NCBI RefSeq assembly: GCF_017876815.1
Contig: NZ_JAGIOS010000001.1
Coordinates: forward strand, 3,690,001-3,722,000
DNA length: 32,000 bases
Direction: 5' to 3'
Source of the DNA: Sinorhizobium meliloti
GTDB lineage: Bacteria > Pseudomonadota > Alphaproteobacteria > Rhizobiales > Rhizobiaceae
The translations under genes were made by a program, and so were the position numbers. Shown piece after piece: positions 19,827-32,000 of this stretch; position 1 is the first letter of the stretch; every line of letters starts with the position of its first letter. A model generated the notes under the pieces. It was not told the DNA's origin. It was given only the letters and a program-made list of their open reading frames with translations, and ran no database searches.

Positions 19827-19861
19827 AAAAATCGCAGGGACATGGCGGACCATGTCCCTGC
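19827..19861 (-). terminator. Strong rho-independent terminator after tuf
   Basis: The minus-strand RNA reads GCAGGGACAUGG-UCCG-CCAUGUCCCUGC (perfect 12-bp stem), then GA and UUUUU. A second small hairpin, AACGGC-UUGA-GCCGUU, lies at 19864..19881. Confidence 0.85.
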
Positions 19862-19886
19862 CGAAACGGCTCAAGCCGTTTTCTTG

Positions 19887-21062
<1,176 letters not shown>

Positions 21063-21133
21063 TTCCGGCTCTCCGTTTCCTGTCCCCTAGAGGGGAAATC
21101 TTTTCATTCTGTTTCAGCGCGAGGCTATTCCGG

Positions 21134-23233
<2,100 letters not shown>

Positions 23234-23262
23234 GAGAGACTGCCTTTCGGAACCTGTTCTGA

Positions 23263-23745
<483 letters not shown>

Positions 23746-23790
23746 TCAACTTTAAATCTTATGACCAGCGAAATGGCGCCGGTTGCGATG

Positions 23791-24162
23791 TTATTTCGGA
23801 CGCTTCGCGCCGTACTTGGAGCGGCGCTGCTTACGGTTCTTCACACCCTGCGTATCGAGAACGCCGCGGATGATGTGGTAACGAACACCCGGAAGGTCCT
23901 TCACGCGGCCGCCGCGGATCATGACCACGGAGTGCTCCTGAAGGTTGTGGCCTTCACCCGGAATGTAGCCGATCACTTCGAAGCCGTTCGTCAGGCGGAT
24001 CTTGGCAACCTTACGCAGAGCCGAGTTCGGCTTCTTCGGGGTCGTCGTGTAGACGCGGGTGCAAACGCCGCGCTTCTGCGGGTTCTCCTGCAGTGCAGGA
24101 ACCTTGTTGCGCTTTACCTGTGCCTGACGTGGCTTGCGGATCAGCTGGTTTACGGTAGGCAT
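23791..24162 (-). CDS. rpsL: 30S ribosomal protein S12
   Basis: [12 protein letters not shown]...[13 protein letters not shown]...[17 protein letters not shown]. Confidence 0.99.
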
Positions 24163-24430
24163 CTAACCATCCCTTACAAAAACTTGTCTCGTTACCCTTT
24201 CGGGCGGATCGCTTGCCGTCGCCGGCAACAACGAACGCCTATGAAATGCGCAAAACGAGGGCCGATCCGCTTTTCCGCAGATGGCCCCACAAAAAGCAGA
24301 GGACGCACTATCTCGCGCGTCTTGCGTGCAGCATTATGTCGTCAGCGTACGTTTTGAACCTTGTTTGAGGCGAACTCCAGAACGCGTCGTTCCGAACCAG
24401 CCAGCCTCACATGGGCTCTGATGCGGCGGG

Positions 24431-24480
24431 GTGTACTGATTTCGGGGCGATCCGTCAAGGGCAATTAGGAAATAATCTGG
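24431..24480 (-). promoter_or_regulatory. Candidate sigma-70 type promoter of the str (rpsL) operon with an AT-rich UP-like tract
   Basis: The minus strand reads ATTATTTCCTAATTGCC-CTTGAC-(17 nt)-GTACAC. The -35 (24459..24454) matches the alphaproteobacterial CTTGAC consensus. The -10 (24436..24431) is a weak match. This is a motif match only. Confidence 0.3.
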
Positions 24481-24699
24481 GCGTTGCAGCCCTGATATGC
24501 CCGAGAAACAAGGCTTTGCGCGCTCGCTATGCCCGCGGGCTGGCCCGACGCCGGTTCGTGCCGCCGCATATTCCTTCGCACTTAAGGAATCAGCAACCTC
24601 TTTCTGTCGTTTTCCACGACCGCGAGTCGCGCCGTGCCGATGACCGAAAATGTTCAAGCGATCTGGCTGATTCTGGAACGGGTTTCGATCTGGCGCAAT

Positions 24700-24817
24700 A
24701 TGCAGTAGAGCAGGATGAAGGCAAAGTGTATCCGGTTTCCCCGCATCCCGCGTCTCAACGCTTGAGAATCGATCGCGACGGTTTCGGCCTCTTTCGACCT
24801 AAAATGAACGCGATCGC
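24700..24817 (+). repeat. Structured repeat, family E, left copy (arm plus terminal palindrome)
   Basis: ATGCAGTAGAGCAGGATGAAGGCAAAGTGTATCCGGTTTCCCCGCATCCCGCGTCTCAACGCTTGAGAATCGATCGCG...TCGACCTAAAATGAACGCGATCG. It matches the reverse complement of 25174..25300 at roughly four-fifths identity with short indels (hand alignment). Confidence 0.75.
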
Positions 24818-24847
24818 CCGTTACTATTCTTCAAAGAGGATGTTTCC

Positions 24848-25144
24848 ATGTCTGTCACACCGGATAACGACAACGCACCCGACGAACCGCTGATCTTCAT
24901 CGTTATCGGCAAAGCCTACGAGACCGACGGCGATGCCGAGGGCGTCGACATCCATGTGATGCTGCGGGCGCCGGATGACGATACGGCCGTGCGCGAAGCG
25001 CTGAATGCACTGGCCGAGGAGGGCTTCCTTGAAGCCGATCTCGACCAGATCGGCACCTTGGACGGCATACCGGACGAGGAGCCGCACGCTTCCGCCTATC
25101 AGGGCGCACTCGAGGGCGAAGTCGCCATCATTCGCTTCGGTTGA
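24848..25144 (+). CDS. Hypothetical small, very acidic protein, 98 aa
   Basis: AAGAGGA Shine-Dalgarno 7 nt upstream of the ATG. GC-rich third codon positions like the neighbouring genes. A hairpin follows directly after the stop. 24 Asp+Glu versus 4 Lys+Arg. No motif that I recognise. Confidence 0.7.
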   Translation: MSVTPDNDNAPDEPLIFIVIGKAYETDGDAEGVDIHVMLRAPDDDTAVREALNALAEEGFLEADLDQIGTLDGIPDEEPHASAYQGALEGEVAIIRFG

Positions 25145-25151
25145 GCGATCC

Positions 25152-25170
25152 GGCGGCATCTGGTGCCGCC
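25152..25170 (+). other. Hairpin 8 nt downstream of the 98-aa ORF (weak terminator candidate)
   Basis: GGCGGCA-TCTGG-TGCCGCC followed only by TT. Confidence 0.4.
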
Positions 25171-25173
25171 TTG

Positions 25174-25300
25174 GATCACGATGTTTTTAGGTCGGGTCGA
25201 CCTAAAAACATGAACGTGATCGATTCCAAGAAGTTGAGACCCGGGATGCGGGCGGAAAACCGCACACACTTTTCCTCATCCCGCTCTACTGCATGTTTCC
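25174..25300 (-). repeat. Structured repeat, family E, right copy (inverted relative to 24700..24817)
   Basis: Contains the long palindrome GATCACG-A-TGTTTTTAGGTCG-GGT-CGACCTAAAAACA-TGAA-CGTGATC (25174..25221). The arm then carries CGGGATG...GGAAAA-CCGCACACAC-TTTTCC...CATCCCG and ends in CTCTACTGCAT. Confidence 0.75.
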
Positions 25301-25392
25301 TTTAATCGTATCCGATCTAAGGACAAAAACATGCAGCAGATAAAAGTGTTACAGCGACCTTTGCGCGTCTGATAAGACGCGCGGCGCTGTAG
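25286..25392 (+). repeat. Structured intergenic repeat, family X, copy 2 (107 bp)
   Basis: 93/107 identical to 2763..2869 with no indels. A 39-nt block, TACAGCGACCTTTGCGCGTCTGATAAGACGCGCGGCGCT (25350..25388), is identical to 2827..2865. Its 5' end overlaps the end of the family E right copy. Confidence 0.85.
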
Positions 25393-25419
25393 CGCATCGA
25401 CGCCAAACACATCGACCTG

Positions 25420-25450
25420 AAAAAGCCGCCCGGATCGCTCCAGGCGGCTT
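25420..25450 (-). terminator. Rho-independent terminator of the rpoBC operon
   Basis: The minus-strand RNA reads AAGCCGCCUGG-AGCGAU-CCGGGCGGCUU followed by UUU. A second hairpin, GGGAGGG-UAUCUG-CCCUCCC, lies directly after the rpoC stop (25464..25483). Confidence 0.85.
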
Positions 25451-25491
25451 TACTGTTTCACCAGGGAGGGCAGATACCCTCCCCTTTCCGC

Positions 25492-29697
<4,206 letters not shown>

Positions 29698-29846
29698 GCC
29701 TGTCTCCTTTGCGGGCATTTAAGCCCTGAGCTTGGCGAGGGTGCCGGCAAATCCCGGGCGCCGGCCCCTGCCCCATAAACAGCTAAAACCGCATCGGGTG
29801 CGGCCCTGTTCCTGCCGCGGACAATCAGGTGCCCGACGGCGGAAAC

Positions 29847-29873
29847 GGTGCGCGCCGCTTAGCGGCACGCACC
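29847..29873 (-). other. 12-bp GC hairpin in the rpoB-rpoC spacer (processing or attenuation site candidate)
   Basis: The minus-strand RNA reads GGUGCGUGCCGC-UAA-GCGGCGCGCACC (one G.U pair) and starts 10 nt after the rpoB stop. Flanking UCAGGUGC/GCACCUGA could form an alternative pairing. Confidence 0.5.
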
Positions 29874-29882
29874 TGATGACTC

Positions 29883-32000
<2,118 letters not shown>

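Noticed and set aside
24334-24657. 107-aa minus-strand ORF upstream of rpsL
   Set aside because: Arg/Gly-rich translation with rare codons (TTA, AGT), no Shine-Dalgarno and no motif. It covers the probable rpsL promoter and leader, so it is most likely non-coding.
24411-24893. 160-aa plus-strand ORF running into the 98-aa gene
   Set aside because: It reads through repeat element E, overlaps the start of the better-supported 98-aa ORF in another frame, and lacks a ribosome-binding site and coding-like composition.

Overview
High-GC (about 60%) alphaproteobacterial chromosome segment; the protein sequences look Rhizobiaceae-like (Rhizobium/Agrobacterium/Sinorhizobium type). About 27 of the 32 kb is the conserved transcription/translation supercluster, all on the minus strand. 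In transcription order it reads rpoB (5' part outside the window)-rpoC | rpsL-rpsG-fusA-tuf | rpsJ-rplC-rplD-rplW-rplB-rpsS-rplV-rpsC-rplP-rpmC-rpsQ | rplN-rplX-rplE-rpsN-rpsH-rplF-rplR-rpsE-rpmD-rplO | secY-adk | rpsM | rpsK-rpoA-rplQ. The left end carries msrP-msrQ (plus strand) divergent from degP-rarA (minus strand); rarA runs off the window edge. Two edge-truncated genes (rarA, rpoB) are absent or shortened in the ORF track, and I recovered them by hand translation. Seven track ORFs (rpoA, rpsM, secY, rplF, rpsQ, rplC, rpoC) plus rpmC carry spurious N-terminal extensions, which I trimmed to the conserved start preceded by a Shine-Dalgarno. I see no tRNA, rRNA, CRISPR array, transposase, integrase or phage gene, and no convincing multi-gene novel system; this is core genome. 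All the unusual content is intergenic. (1) A very acidic 98-aa orphan ORF between the rpoBC and str operons is bracketed by inverted copies of a roughly 120-bp structured repeat. (2) A 107-bp structured repeat occurs twice, 22.5 kb apart, at 93/107 identity with a 39-nt identical hairpin core. (3) A REP/RIME-like mosaic of palindromic repeats lies downstream of msrQ. (4) Several GC-hairpin plus U-tract signals and long structured spacers sit inside what is classically one spc/alpha transcription unit. The many long plus-strand ORFs in the track are antisense shadow ORFs typical of high-GC DNA.
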